Made by a program: the position numbers and the translations under genes
Shown here: positions 20,153-29,126 of the stretch, piece by piece
Layout: the number at the start of each line of letters is the position of its first letter
Position numbering within the stretch: the stretch's first letter is position 1
Notes under the pieces: model-generated
What the model was told of the DNA's origin: nothing
Database searches by the model: none
The model's input: only the letters and a program-made list of their open reading frames with translations
Assembly (NCBI GenBank): GCA_963662465.1
Contig: OY759599.1
Coordinates: 7,776,001 to 7,840,000, forward strand
Length of the DNA: 64,000 bases
DNA from: Desulfatiglandales bacterium
Lineage (GTDB): Bacteria; Desulfobacterota; DSM-4660; Desulfatiglandales; Desulfatiglandaceae
Direction: 5' to 3'

Positions 20153-21328
20153 ATGCCGTTAATAAACCGTACCATTGAAGCTGTCTTGCGGACTCATGCC
20201 GCCAATTTTCCGGTGCTCACGATTACCGGTCCGCGGCAAAGCGGGAAAACCACGCTCTGCAAAAAGGTTTTTACCCATAAACCCTATGCCAACCTGGAAT
20301 CGCCCGATATCCGTCAATTCGCCATTGATGATCCAAGAGGGTTTCTAGACCAATATCCGGATGGGGCCATACTCGATGAAATCCAGAGAGCACCCGACCT
20401 GGTTTCATATCTCCAGCCGATGGTTGACGAGGACCAGCGGGAAGGCCTTTTTATTCTGACCGGCAGTCAACAACTTGAAGTGAGCAACGCCATCAATCAA
20501 TCATTGGCCGGTCGAACCGCACTGCTGAAATTGCTCCCTTTTTCTATTGAAGAAATCCAGTCCGTATTTTCTCTGCCGGACATTGACAGTTTGCTCTACC
20601 ATGGGTTTTATCCCCGCATATGGGATAAACAACTGAATCCGACGCAGGTCCTTGGCGACTATTTTGAGACTTATGTCGAGAGGGATTTGAGGCAGCTCAT
20701 TACAATTAAGGACCTGAACCTTTTTCAGCGCTTTATCAAGTTATGCGCGGGTCGGACCGGCCAATTGCTGAATGTGAGCAGTCTGGCAAACGATGCCGGC
20801 ATTTCCCACACAACAGCTGGAAACTGGCTATCTCTTCTGGAAGAAAGCTATATCATTTTTCTCTTGCAGCCATATTACAGGAATATTTCCAAACGTTTGG
20901 TCAAATCACCAAAGCTGTATTTCTACGATGTGGGATTGGCTTCTTTTTTAATTAATATCGAAAATGAAAAGCAGATCGCACGAGATCCGTTGCGGGGTAA
21001 CCTTTTTGAAAACATGGTTGTCGCAGAGGCTCTCAAGTATCGGTTAAATCAAGGGAAACGAAGTAATCTCTATTTTTATCGGGATAGCAAGGGAAACGAG
21101 GTCGATCTGCTGATGGTCAACGGATCCGATCTTTTTCCTATTGAGGTCAAAGCCGGTATGACCATAACCAGAGACTATTTCAAGGGTCTGAACCATTTTG
21201 TAAAAATATTTCCAGAACATATTCCCAACGGCACGGGCCTTGTTTATGCCGGCGACGAAAGTCAAAAAAGAACGGATGTTTCGATTGTTCCGTTTAAACA
21301 CTTGAATGATCTTTTTGGGCGCGTATAA
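20153..21328 (+). CDS. AAA_14/DUF4143 ATP-binding protein
   Basis: Walker A GPRQSGKT, ILDEIQ, KSPKLYFYDVG, C-terminal EVDLL...PIEVKAG. Confidence 0.9.
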   Translation: MPLINRTIEAVLRTHAANFPVLTITGPRQSGKTTLCKKVFTHKPYANLESPDIRQFAIDDPRGFLDQYPDGAILDEIQRAPDLVSYLQPMVDEDQREGLFILTGSQQLEVSNAINQSLAGRTALLKLLPFSIEEIQSVFSLPDIDSLLYHGFYPRIWDKQLNPTQVLGDYFETYVERDLRQLITIKDLNLFQRFIKLCAGRTGQLLNVSSLANDAGISHTTAGNWLSLLEESYIIFLLQPYYRNISKRLVKSPKLYFYDVGLASFLINIENEKQIARDPLRGNLFENMVVAEALKYRLNQGKRSNLYFYRDSKGNEVDLLMVNGSDLFPIEVKAGMTITRDYFKGLNHFVKIFPEHIPNGTGLVYAGDESQKRTDVSIVPFKHLNDLFGRV

Positions 21329-21534
21329 TCGCGCAAATTTGCCGGGGCCGCGTTTATTTCGGCAATGAAGAAGAACTCACCACATAGCGAGAACACGCAT
21401 TTTCATATCACGTGATGGTGTTCATTATGCTAACAACTCGTTCACAGTGGTGATATGTTCCATTTTTTCCCCGCGAAAATACAGAATTGCCGCTTGTTCA
21501 GTACTGCCTCATATGCCGCCGATGTCCCGTTGCT

Positions 21535-22323
21535 CTATTTAATGTAGTACCCAGAGACGCGCCACTTGCCATCCTTGTCCATCATGGGTGTAATAGTCTC
21601 AATCGCGGATTTCTTGTTCTCGAACGAGGCCTTGAACTGGATCACAACATATTCACCGTCTGGTGCGCCAGGCAAGGAAGTGTGGCAGCTTTTTGAGATG
21701 AACTCGCGCGCGAGATTCTTCCCGAGTGGCTTTCTGGCAGCTCGGATAGCTTGTTTCCATTGGTCTTTCGAAATCACGCTTTTGAAGTATTGCGCAGCTT
21801 CAAACCAGCTTTTCTCATATTTGCCTTTTTCAACCAGCGACAACCAGGCCTCCGCGACTGAGACGGCGGTTTCTTCACGATCACATTTCGGTGATGAAGC
21901 TTTTTTATCAGCCGTCTGAAATACAAGCAAATACGGCACTGCCGAATTATTCTCTACATCCTTGAAATGGTTGAACTCTTGTGTGTTGATCCAAATAATG
22001 TACGTTTTTCCGGGCTTCAATTTGACGGGAAGTACACACGTACGTTTGTCCTCCAGATATCTGATTTTGCTTTTGTCTATTTCAGGAAAGGTCTCAGGAG
22101 ATTGGCTGCACCATGACCACATCGCCTTCGTCATCATCTCTTTGCTGAACGTAACAGTGATTTCCTTGAGAGATGGATCAACTTTTGTATCTCCCGCCTG
22201 GGGAATTGTCTTGACAACTGACGGAGACATTGTTTTGACAGTGATCTCCGCTCTATCCTGCGCTCCAACAACAGCCACCACCAAAATTGTCAGCAGCAGC
22301 GACATTCCAAAGCATCTGGTCAT
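21535..22323 (-). CDS. Secreted protein with an Ig-like domain and a DUF4019-like domain
   Basis: Signal peptide; PSVVKTIPQAGDTKVDP Ig-like segment; C-terminal LPGAPDGEYVVIQF...KWRVSGYYIK. Confidence 0.75.
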   Translation of the reverse strand: MTRCFGMSLLLTILVVAVVGAQDRAEITVKTMSPSVVKTIPQAGDTKVDPSLKEITVTFSKEMMTKAMWSWCSQSPETFPEIDKSKIRYLEDKRTCVLPVKLKPGKTYIIWINTQEFNHFKDVENNSAVPYLLVFQTADKKASSPKCDREETAVSVAEAWLSLVEKGKYEKSWFEAAQYFKSVISKDQWKQAIRAARKPLGKNLAREFISKSCHTSLPGAPDGEYVVIQFKASFENKKSAIETITPMMDKDGKWRVSGYYIK

Positions 22324-22414
22324 CTCTTTTCTCCTGTACTTCCTTCAACTCCGAATATTTCGTTTTCCATTTACCATCGATATCTCTGATATCAACGATC
22401 GCAGATACGGCAGA

Positions 22415-23240
22415 TCAACCGCGCTGTAAGGGATGATCTTGAGTGCGGCTATAGGACCGGCTTTCTTCTGTCTCAATGGGCGCTCCATATCGACTGGCCG
22501 TTTTTCCCGCCTCTGTCCGGATCTCTTCTCTCAGTGATGCCGGCTCGAGGACTTCGGCTTTCGATCCCCATGTCATGATTCAGAACCTGATTTCATCTGT
22601 TCCCGCAACTTCAGCCTCAAAAATGATGGAACCATCATTCTGAAGGTGGATCTTCTGTGATTTGTGCCAGATCTTTTCTTTGATATAACCCGAAACATCC
22701 GGATGAAACCACACCTTTATATAAGTGGGCTCTCCTTGGTACACCCCGAAGCTTGAACCCGTAAACTTCTCAAGGCTGAAATCCTCGGGGATTTCGAAGC
22801 TCGCTTTTGTTTGATGGAGCATCTTGATGCGGTCAAGGGCGAATATCCTGACTTCTTTTCTCGTGTGGCATAAACCGATCAGATAAAAAGTCCCGTTGAA
22901 AAACCAGATCCGGTAGGGGTCCACCCGGCGCCGGGACTCTTTCCTCCGGCTCATCGTGTAATAGACAATTTCGATGGATTTTCGGTTGACGGCGGCATCG
23001 TTGACCCGGTTCAAAATCCCCTTGAATTTGCCGTATTCCTTGTATGGCTTTATGCCCAGGTGAAGGGTCTGCTCCACATTTTTCAGATATTTAATGGATT
23101 CCTTGGGCAGGGTCGTCTTGACCTTCTGAAAAAGCGACTCCAATGAGTCATAAAATGCGGTATCTTTGAAAACTTTGAGCATGTCTCTTCCGAAATAAAG
23201 GGCCATCAACTCGGTGAGGTTGAACGGAACAGGGAAAAGG
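22415..23240 (-). pseudogene. WYL-domain transcriptional regulator, 5'-truncated and with an in-frame stop
   Basis: RRVDPYRIWFFNGTFYLIGLCH...RIFALDRI WYL domain. TGA at 22580-22582 (probably from TGG); the frame continues IMTWGSKAEVLEPASLREEI to a stop at 22415. The N-terminal HTH is missing and the gene abuts the Y1-element end. Confidence 0.85.
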
Positions 23241-23450
23241 GGGACGTTCGTCAGATTATAAGTTGCGTTTTGATTTTTCATTTGATAGAGCGTCTGCATG
23301 CCAAGAAAAGCCCGCATAGATGCCCCAGGAGCGCTACACCACGTTATTGCCAGGAGGATAGGCCGTCGAGAGGAAATATCGCTTGAAGGCCAAGGGGATT
23401 GATGTCGGCAGGATTGCCGAGAGAGTTGCCGACATTATGGGCATGGCCCC
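23241..23450 (+). mobile_element. Internally deleted copy of the Y1/RAYT-like element, retaining the left 24-bp inverted repeat
   Basis: 23262-23370 matches 27763-27870, then jumps at a TCGA microhomology to match 28521-28601. Confidence 0.85.
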
Positions 23451-23452
23451 TT

Positions 23453-23608
23453 CCCTTAAACCTTGCCTTTCTCAATCAAGTCGCCTAGGCCTGGGTCGAA
23501 CAGGACTGCCACTGCGGAATGCACAGGGAAATCAAAACAACCCCCTTGGATCGCGAAGCTGATTATGAAAGGGCTTATAGGGTCTTCAAGGAACGATACG
23601 GAGAGTGA
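23453..23608 (+). pseudogene. Possible fragment of a DDE integrase-core transposase
   Basis: Translates LAFLNQVA*AWVEQDCHCGMHREIKTTPLDR, which resembles the AW-x-EY-N/H...H...TP segment after rve cores; internal TAG. Confidence 0.4.
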
Positions 23609-23808
23609 AAAGAGCGTTTCATGTTCGAGAAAAAGTTGATTAAGAAAAAGACTGTTTTTATAAGTTTTTGAGATTCAAACGTCAAAAATATTGATTTAAT
23701 TCAAAAATTGTCTTATGAAAATCATGAATATTGTGATTTTATCTTCTTTTTAAAGTCTTTTGATGAATTTTTTGACCTAATTTTACTCTGAAACAGGAAC
23801 CGAACAAA

Positions 23809-25164
23809 ATGCTCATTCAATTTACCATAGAGAATTTTCTATCCTTCAAGGAAGAAAATACACTCAATATGTTGGCCACCACCGACAGCAAACACAAGCA
23901 CCACCTGCTGCCCAACAAAAAGAAAAAACCCCTGCTCCGTACAGCCATCTTATACGGGGCCAACGGTTCCGGAAAATCCAATTTGATCCGGGCCATGGCT
24001 TTTGCTCAAGATTTGATTGTTGAGGGAACCCGGCCCAAACAGCGGATTGATATCACCCCGTTCAAGCTTGATAAATCATACTGGCAGATGCCCAGCTGTT
24101 TTGAGTTCATTATTAATTACCAGGATACCATCTATACTTATGGATTTGTGGTAGACGAGAAAGAGGTGCGGGAGGAGTGGCTTTTTGCCATCCATAATGT
24201 CAAGGAGGTTCTTTTTTTTGAGCGGTTGACCACGAAGGACGGCAAAATAAAGGTAGAGGTCGGCCCGTCGCTGGCCGGAAAGAAAACTAAGAAACACCAG
24301 TTCGTCAAATTTATTGCGGAAGGGACCCGGCCCAACAATCTCTTTCTCCACGAGTTGTACGAAAAAAATGTGCCGAAGATTATGCCGCTCATTGACTGGT
24401 TTCGATCGGTATTGATTATTATCGGACCGGAATCAAATTATCGGGACCTGATCTTCGATGCCCACATGAACGGACAATTCCTTCAGTTTATGGGAGATTT
24501 TTTGAAAGCAGCGGATACGGGTGTGGATGGCATTGTGTCGGAAAAGGTTGAGTTTGATTTTGAAAAACTTTTTCCGGGTATTCCGGAGTCATTGAAATCA
24601 AAGCTCACGAATATCAGTGCCAATGAAAGAATCTTGCTTTCTGTGCCTGACGGCAGGCGGTTTGCCATGATGCGGGAACAGAGCGGTGAGCTGACCCTGT
24701 TGAAGCTTAAGGCCAGGCATCATCTTAAGGATGCAAAAGAGCATATTGATTTTGAAATCGAAGATGAATCAGATGGGACGCGCCGGTTGATGGACCTTCT
24801 GCCGGCACTCCTTCACTCAAAAAGCAGTGAAAAGGTCTATCTGATTGATGAAATTGATCGCTCCATGCATCCACTGCTATCCCGGATGTTTTTAGAGAGC
24901 TACCTCAATGGCCAGGATTGCGGCAGGGGACAATTGATCATCACAACCCATGAGAGTCAGCTGTTGGACCGTAACCTTCTGAGGAGGGATGAAATCTGGT
25001 TTTCGGAGAAAGACAAAAACGGCGGTTCCCATCTCTACTCTCTTTCTGAATATAAAGTACGCAATGATTTGAAACTGGAAAAAGGCTACCTCGATGGCCG
25101 TTTCGGCGCAATTCCGTTTTTGGGTGATCTTGAAAACCTCCCGTTCTGTCGGGCGGGGGCTTAG
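23809..25164 (+). CDS. RloA-like AAA_21 ATPase (abortive-infection/TA associated)
   Basis: ENFLSFK, GANGSGKSN, ESDGTRRL, IDEIDRSMHP, TTHE, YLDGRFGAIP. Confidence 0.88.
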   Translation: MLIQFTIENFLSFKEENTLNMLATTDSKHKHHLLPNKKKKPLLRTAILYGANGSGKSNLIRAMAFAQDLIVEGTRPKQRIDITPFKLDKSYWQMPSCFEFIINYQDTIYTYGFVVDEKEVREEWLFAIHNVKEVLFFERLTTKDGKIKVEVGPSLAGKKTKKHQFVKFIAEGTRPNNLFLHELYEKNVPKIMPLIDWFRSVLIIIGPESNYRDLIFDAHMNGQFLQFMGDFLKAADTGVDGIVSEKVEFDFEKLFPGIPESLKSKLTNISANERILLSVPDGRRFAMMREQSGELTLLKLKARHHLKDAKEHIDFEIEDESDGTRRLMDLLPALLHSKSSEKVYLIDEIDRSMHPLLSRMFLESYLNGQDCGRGQLIITTHESQLLDRNLLRRDEIWFSEKDKNGGSHLYSLSEYKVRNDLKLEKGYLDGRFGAIPFLGDLENLPFCRAGA

Positions 25165-25170
25165 ACAGCA

Positions 25171-25766
25171 ATGGCATTAACGTCGAGAAAGAAATGCCCT
25201 ATCGACAGGCAAAGCAAACCGGCCCCCCATCGGGATGCCCGCCTGTTTATCATTGCCACCGAAGGCAGGAAGACGGAAAAACAGTACTTTTCCTTTGGCA
25301 ATAAACGATGTCAGGTGCGGGTGATTCCCAACGAAGACAACAAGTCTGCTCCCGCCCATATTCTGCAGCAGCTTAAGAATTTCAAAAGGGAATTCCAGCT
25401 TAAAGCCGATTATGAATTATGGCTGATGGTTGACGTCGACAGGTGGGAAATAAAAACCTGGCTTCCGTGTCAGCTCAGGCCGGGCATAATAAATTCCAAC
25501 TGGCGGTGAGCAACCCCTGTTTTGAAGTCTGGCTCTATTTGCATCACGATGACTTGGATTACCAGCCTATCAAAGCAAAGGTAATGAAGCAAAAACTGCG
25601 GGCCCTTTTTGGCGAATATAACAGCTCCAGGCTTTCGCTCAGCCAATTTTCAGAAAGGATTGATGATGCCATTGACCGTGCCAAGGCCCTCGATACGAAA
25701 CGGGATGAACGGTGGCCATCCAGAACCGGAAGCCATGTATACAGGGTCGTGGAAAAGGTTAAGTAG
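25171..25766 (+). pseudogene. rloB: RloB-like protein with a single frameshift
   Basis: IATEGRKTEKQYF...WLMVDVDRW in one frame and GNKNLASV...SNPCFEVWLYLH in another; apparent 1-bp loss near 25445. Confidence 0.85.
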
Positions 25767-25829
25767 CGTTTTCAGTGTCGACTAGCCGAGGGGTGGCGTT
25801 GCCTGCGTGAAAAGTGAAAAGGGGCGTTA

Positions 25830-27628
25830 TCACGGTAAATTTGTTCTAACAGGTATCACGCTTGGGGCACTGAATTTTTGGTCATCTTGAGATAGTCGAA
25901 GACACCCCCTTACGTTCTGCGTGAGCTGGCGCATTTTCTGGGCTACACTGCGAACGCCTTTCGCCTTAATGACGTCCACCGCGAATCTACGCAGCCTGGT
26001 CATGTTTTCAGGACCATTGCCGGTTCTTATTCGGCTTCGATCTTCGTCGTAGTTCCAGTCGATGATGTAATGGCACTCGTTTTCAATGGTCCAGTGACCG
26101 CGATTGATAGAAAGTACACGTTCGGGATTCGCCTGATCAGGTGATTGACTCGTTATGCCGTAAGCAACCTCAACTGTGCATTTACCGGTTTTCTTGTTTG
26201 TAACTTCTCTCTGGATCATAAAAGCCTGGCCGACATACGGGAAATCCAGGTATAGGTTAAGTTCGGTAGTCGTCCATATTTTGCGCACTTCGATGCGACC
26301 ATGATCGGGAGCATCGTGTTGTATGAAATCAGGATCGTTGCAGCCCTCAAAATACAGGGAAATGTCTTGAAGTAATGTGGGCTGGTTGTTTTTGGCGATG
26401 AAATGGTAATGGGCGTTGCGTTGCTCGACCAAATATTTAGCAAAAGTCCTTTGGGTTAGCAGTGCGTCAGCTGAAATGACTTTGCCTTCGATATCGATCG
26501 CGTCCAGTAAAGGGGCAGCCGTTTTGATTTCATTGGTTCGCTTGAGTTCGTCTTTGCCTTCTACAGGGAGAGAACCGACTTTTTTTGGGTGTAACAGGTC
26601 TTAGTTTGATGGCCGACAGCACTCATGATGTGAGTCTGATAACCTTGTTCATCGATGGCATTACACATGGTTTTTCCATCGATGGCCAAGCTTTCGTCCT
26701 GTTCACCGTAAAGCAGATTCCAACGCTGGAGAGCTTTGTCGAGTTCTGTGGGGTCAACGCGAACCAGAACATCACGGATAGTAGACTGACTGGGAGCTAC
26801 ATAGCGCTTATTTTCATATCGGCAACGGAAACGCTCAAGGGCTTTTTGTCCAAGACCATTTACCCAATCGGATATCGCCAGATAACCGCGCATTCCGCAC
26901 AGTGTTGCGGCGGTGGCAATGGCCAGAACAGTGGAGAGCCTGTGACGTCGTCCCTGGGATCGACGCGGGTCGGGAATTTGAGCAAAAAAGTCGGGTAGCG
27001 ATTTCATATGTTCCGCACTGAGCATGATTTTGTAACCTCCCGTAAGATATGGTTTTTTGAGAACAGGTCGGGATAACAGCGATTGAACATTGGAAACCAA
27101 TGGTTTAAGAAAAACCATTTTCGGTGAATCCGCTTTATCGCTGTAGCCTTGGCGAGTTCGATGAAAACCCTTTGTTTTACCGACATATATCCAATTGGAC
27201 GCTCGATATACGGTTCCGTGGAATTGCTTTGGGTCCACAAAGGTTTCCAGGAGTACAACCGGATGCCCGAAACGCCCCTGCCAATCAGCCTGCATTCGCT
27301 TCCGGCATAATGAAAGGATACGGGATGCGAGATTCGGAATATGCCATTCGGGCAAAATCAGAAAACGACTGTTATTGGTCACCAGTTTCAGTCGATCGTA
27401 TTGATGGCGAAAATTCCATCCGATCCAGCTGTCCCTTGGTGTACATTTCAAAGCGGGAGCAGAAAAACTGACAAGCGCAATCCACTCACTATTTAGTCTA
27501 GCTGTATACCAGAGGGTTTCGCTGATCTTGGGAAGAGCGCCCAAATAATGATGCGACTGCATCAGATGCTGAAAGCGTTGTTCTTCAAGCGGGCGGACTA
27601 TTTGAATGCGGACTTGCTTAACGTTCAA
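25830..27628 (-). CDS. ISAs1 transposase with N-terminal DUF4338 (DruA-like) domain; probable -1 frameshift; extra base near the 3' end
   Basis: IPDPRRSQGRRH, AIDGKT, ISADAL, RGHWTIEN. A7G slippery run at 26579-26586. C5 versus C4 near 25905 alters the C-terminus relative to copy 2. Confidence 0.85.
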
Positions 27629-27752
27629 GAATTTAAACCCCGAATTGGTTTGGTGCCTGTCACAGTATATACACCATCCGAGGGTTTCTGTTCATAATGT
27701 AGCGCAACTTTTATATTTTATTTGGATAATTCGGAAGAATAAATTCACCCTG
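25831..27752 (-). mobile_element. ISAs1-family insertion sequence, copy 1 (1922 bp)
   Basis: Imperfect 18-bp TIRs (CAGGGTGAATTTATTCTT / CACGGTAAATTTGTTCTA) and a 10-bp TSD GGGGCGTTAT at 25821-25830 and 27753-27762. Confidence 0.95.
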
Positions 27753-27798
27753 GGGGCGTTATGTTGCGTTTTGATTTTTCATTTGATAGAGTGTTTGC

Positions 27799-28803
27799 AT
27801 GCCAAGAAAAGCCCGCATAGATGCCCTAGGAGCGCTACACCACGTTATTGCCAGGGGGATAGGCCGTCGAAAAGTGTTTGATGATGATGACGACCGAGAT
27901 TTTTTTATTGAACGGTTGGGGGAAATTGTTTCTGATACGGAAACACAATGTTTTGCGTGGGCGCTGATGCCCAATCATTTCCATTTGCTTTTGAAAACCG
28001 GTATTATCCCTATCTCTACGGTCATGAAACGCCTCTTAACCGGTTACGCCATGCACTATAACCGGAGACACAAGCGGTATGGCCATCTGTTTCAAAACCG
28101 ATACAAGTCAATCCTTTGCCAGGAAGATTCATATCTATTGGAACTGACTCGCTATGTGCATTTGAACCCGCTTCGGGCAAAATTGGTATCTGATATGAAG
28201 GAGTTGAGCAACTATCCTTACAGTGGGCATAGCGTACTTATGGGGCGGGAAACTGCAGAGTGGCAGAATACGACAATCCTCGGGCTATTTGGTGATAAGA
28301 CGTCTGTTGCGCGGCGGCGGTATTTGGAATTTATAAAAAAGGGGATAGCTGCCGGTAAAAGGCAAGATCTCACGGGTGGGGGACTGGTTCGGAGCGTTGG
28401 TGGGTGGTCCGCTGTGAAATCATTGCGGAAGACCGGCGTATTCCAGAAGGGGGATGAGCGTATCCTTGGCGATGGTGAATTTGTGGAGAAGGTGCTTTCT
28501 CAAGCCGAGGAGGCATTCGAGAGGAAATATCGCTTGAAGGCCAAGGGGATTGATGTCGGCAGGATTGCCGAGAGAGTTGCCGACATTATGGGCATGGCCC
28601 CCGAAGCGATTTGGGCTTCGGGAAAACAGCCTAAGATTGTGCAGGCTCGCAGCCTTCTTTGCTACTGGGCGACCAGTGAATTGGGAATTCGTCAGGCGTG
28701 GCTGAGCCGGAAACTGGGGATTTCCCAAGCAGCGGTAAGTCTTTCGGTAAGCAGAGGACGTCGGATTGCATTAGAAAATCACTATGAGATTGGGAACTTA
28801 TAA
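27799..28803 (+). CDS. HUH Y1 transposase (RAYT/IS200-like) with C-terminal HTH
   Basis: HHVIARG, LMPNHFHLL (HUH), GHLFQNRYKS, YVHLNPLRA (catalytic Tyr), YPYSG, C-terminal HTH LSRKLGISQAAVSLSV. Confidence 0.9.
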   Translation: MPRKARIDALGALHHVIARGIGRRKVFDDDDDRDFFIERLGEIVSDTETQCFAWALMPNHFHLLLKTGIIPISTVMKRLLTGYAMHYNRRHKRYGHLFQNRYKSILCQEDSYLLELTRYVHLNPLRAKLVSDMKELSNYPYSGHSVLMGRETAEWQNTTILGLFGDKTSVARRRYLEFIKKGIAAGKRQDLTGGGLVRSVGGWSAVKSLRKTGVFQKGDERILGDGEFVEKVLSQAEEAFERKYRLKAKGIDVGRIAERVADIMGMAPEAIWASGKQPKIVQARSLLCYWATSELGIRQAWLSRKLGISQAAVSLSVSRGRRIALENHYEIGNL

Positions 28804-28818
28804 ACTGATGAACGTCCC
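28795..28818. repeat. Right 24-bp inverted repeat pairing with 23241-23264
   Basis: AACTTATAAACTGATGAACGTCCC versus the reverse complement of GGGACGTTCGTCAGATTATAAGTT: 22/24 identical. Confidence 0.9.
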
Positions 28819-29126
28819 TGCCCCCTCTGTACCGTTCGTAAATCTTTAAGATTTTTAGGACGTTGAAGGTTTTCTAATACCGGAAAACTTTTGTTTAGGT
28901 ACTTATATTGTCAGTTACATCAAGTGGAGGCCTTGCCATGATTGAGCCAAAATCCTCGACTATGTTTGCGCCAAAATTGAAAAATGCTGACAGGAATGGC
29001 TGTTGGATGCAAGGAATTTAGAGAGAGATTAAGAGTCGATCCGGGCGAGGTAATGAAGGTATCCGGAAGCGGCCGGATCGGTTCGCGTGACGAGAGACTG
29101 AGGAAAACAAAAAAGGAGTTAAAAAG

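Noticed and set aside
21425..21505. Possible integron attC site downstream of the DUF4019 gene (minus strand GAACAA...TTGTTAGC)
   Set aside because: Poor internal complementarity, no second site, and no integron integrase in the window
22580..22582. In-frame TGA as selenocysteine or recoding
   Set aside because: The position fits Trp in a WYL C-terminal region, the gene is also 5'-truncated, and TGA is a normal stop elsewhere in the window
23241..23317. ORF-track N-terminus MRAFLGMQTL... of the WYL ORF
   Set aside because: It is the antisense of the Y1 element's left end; the same peptide appears in the 27759-27974 ORF
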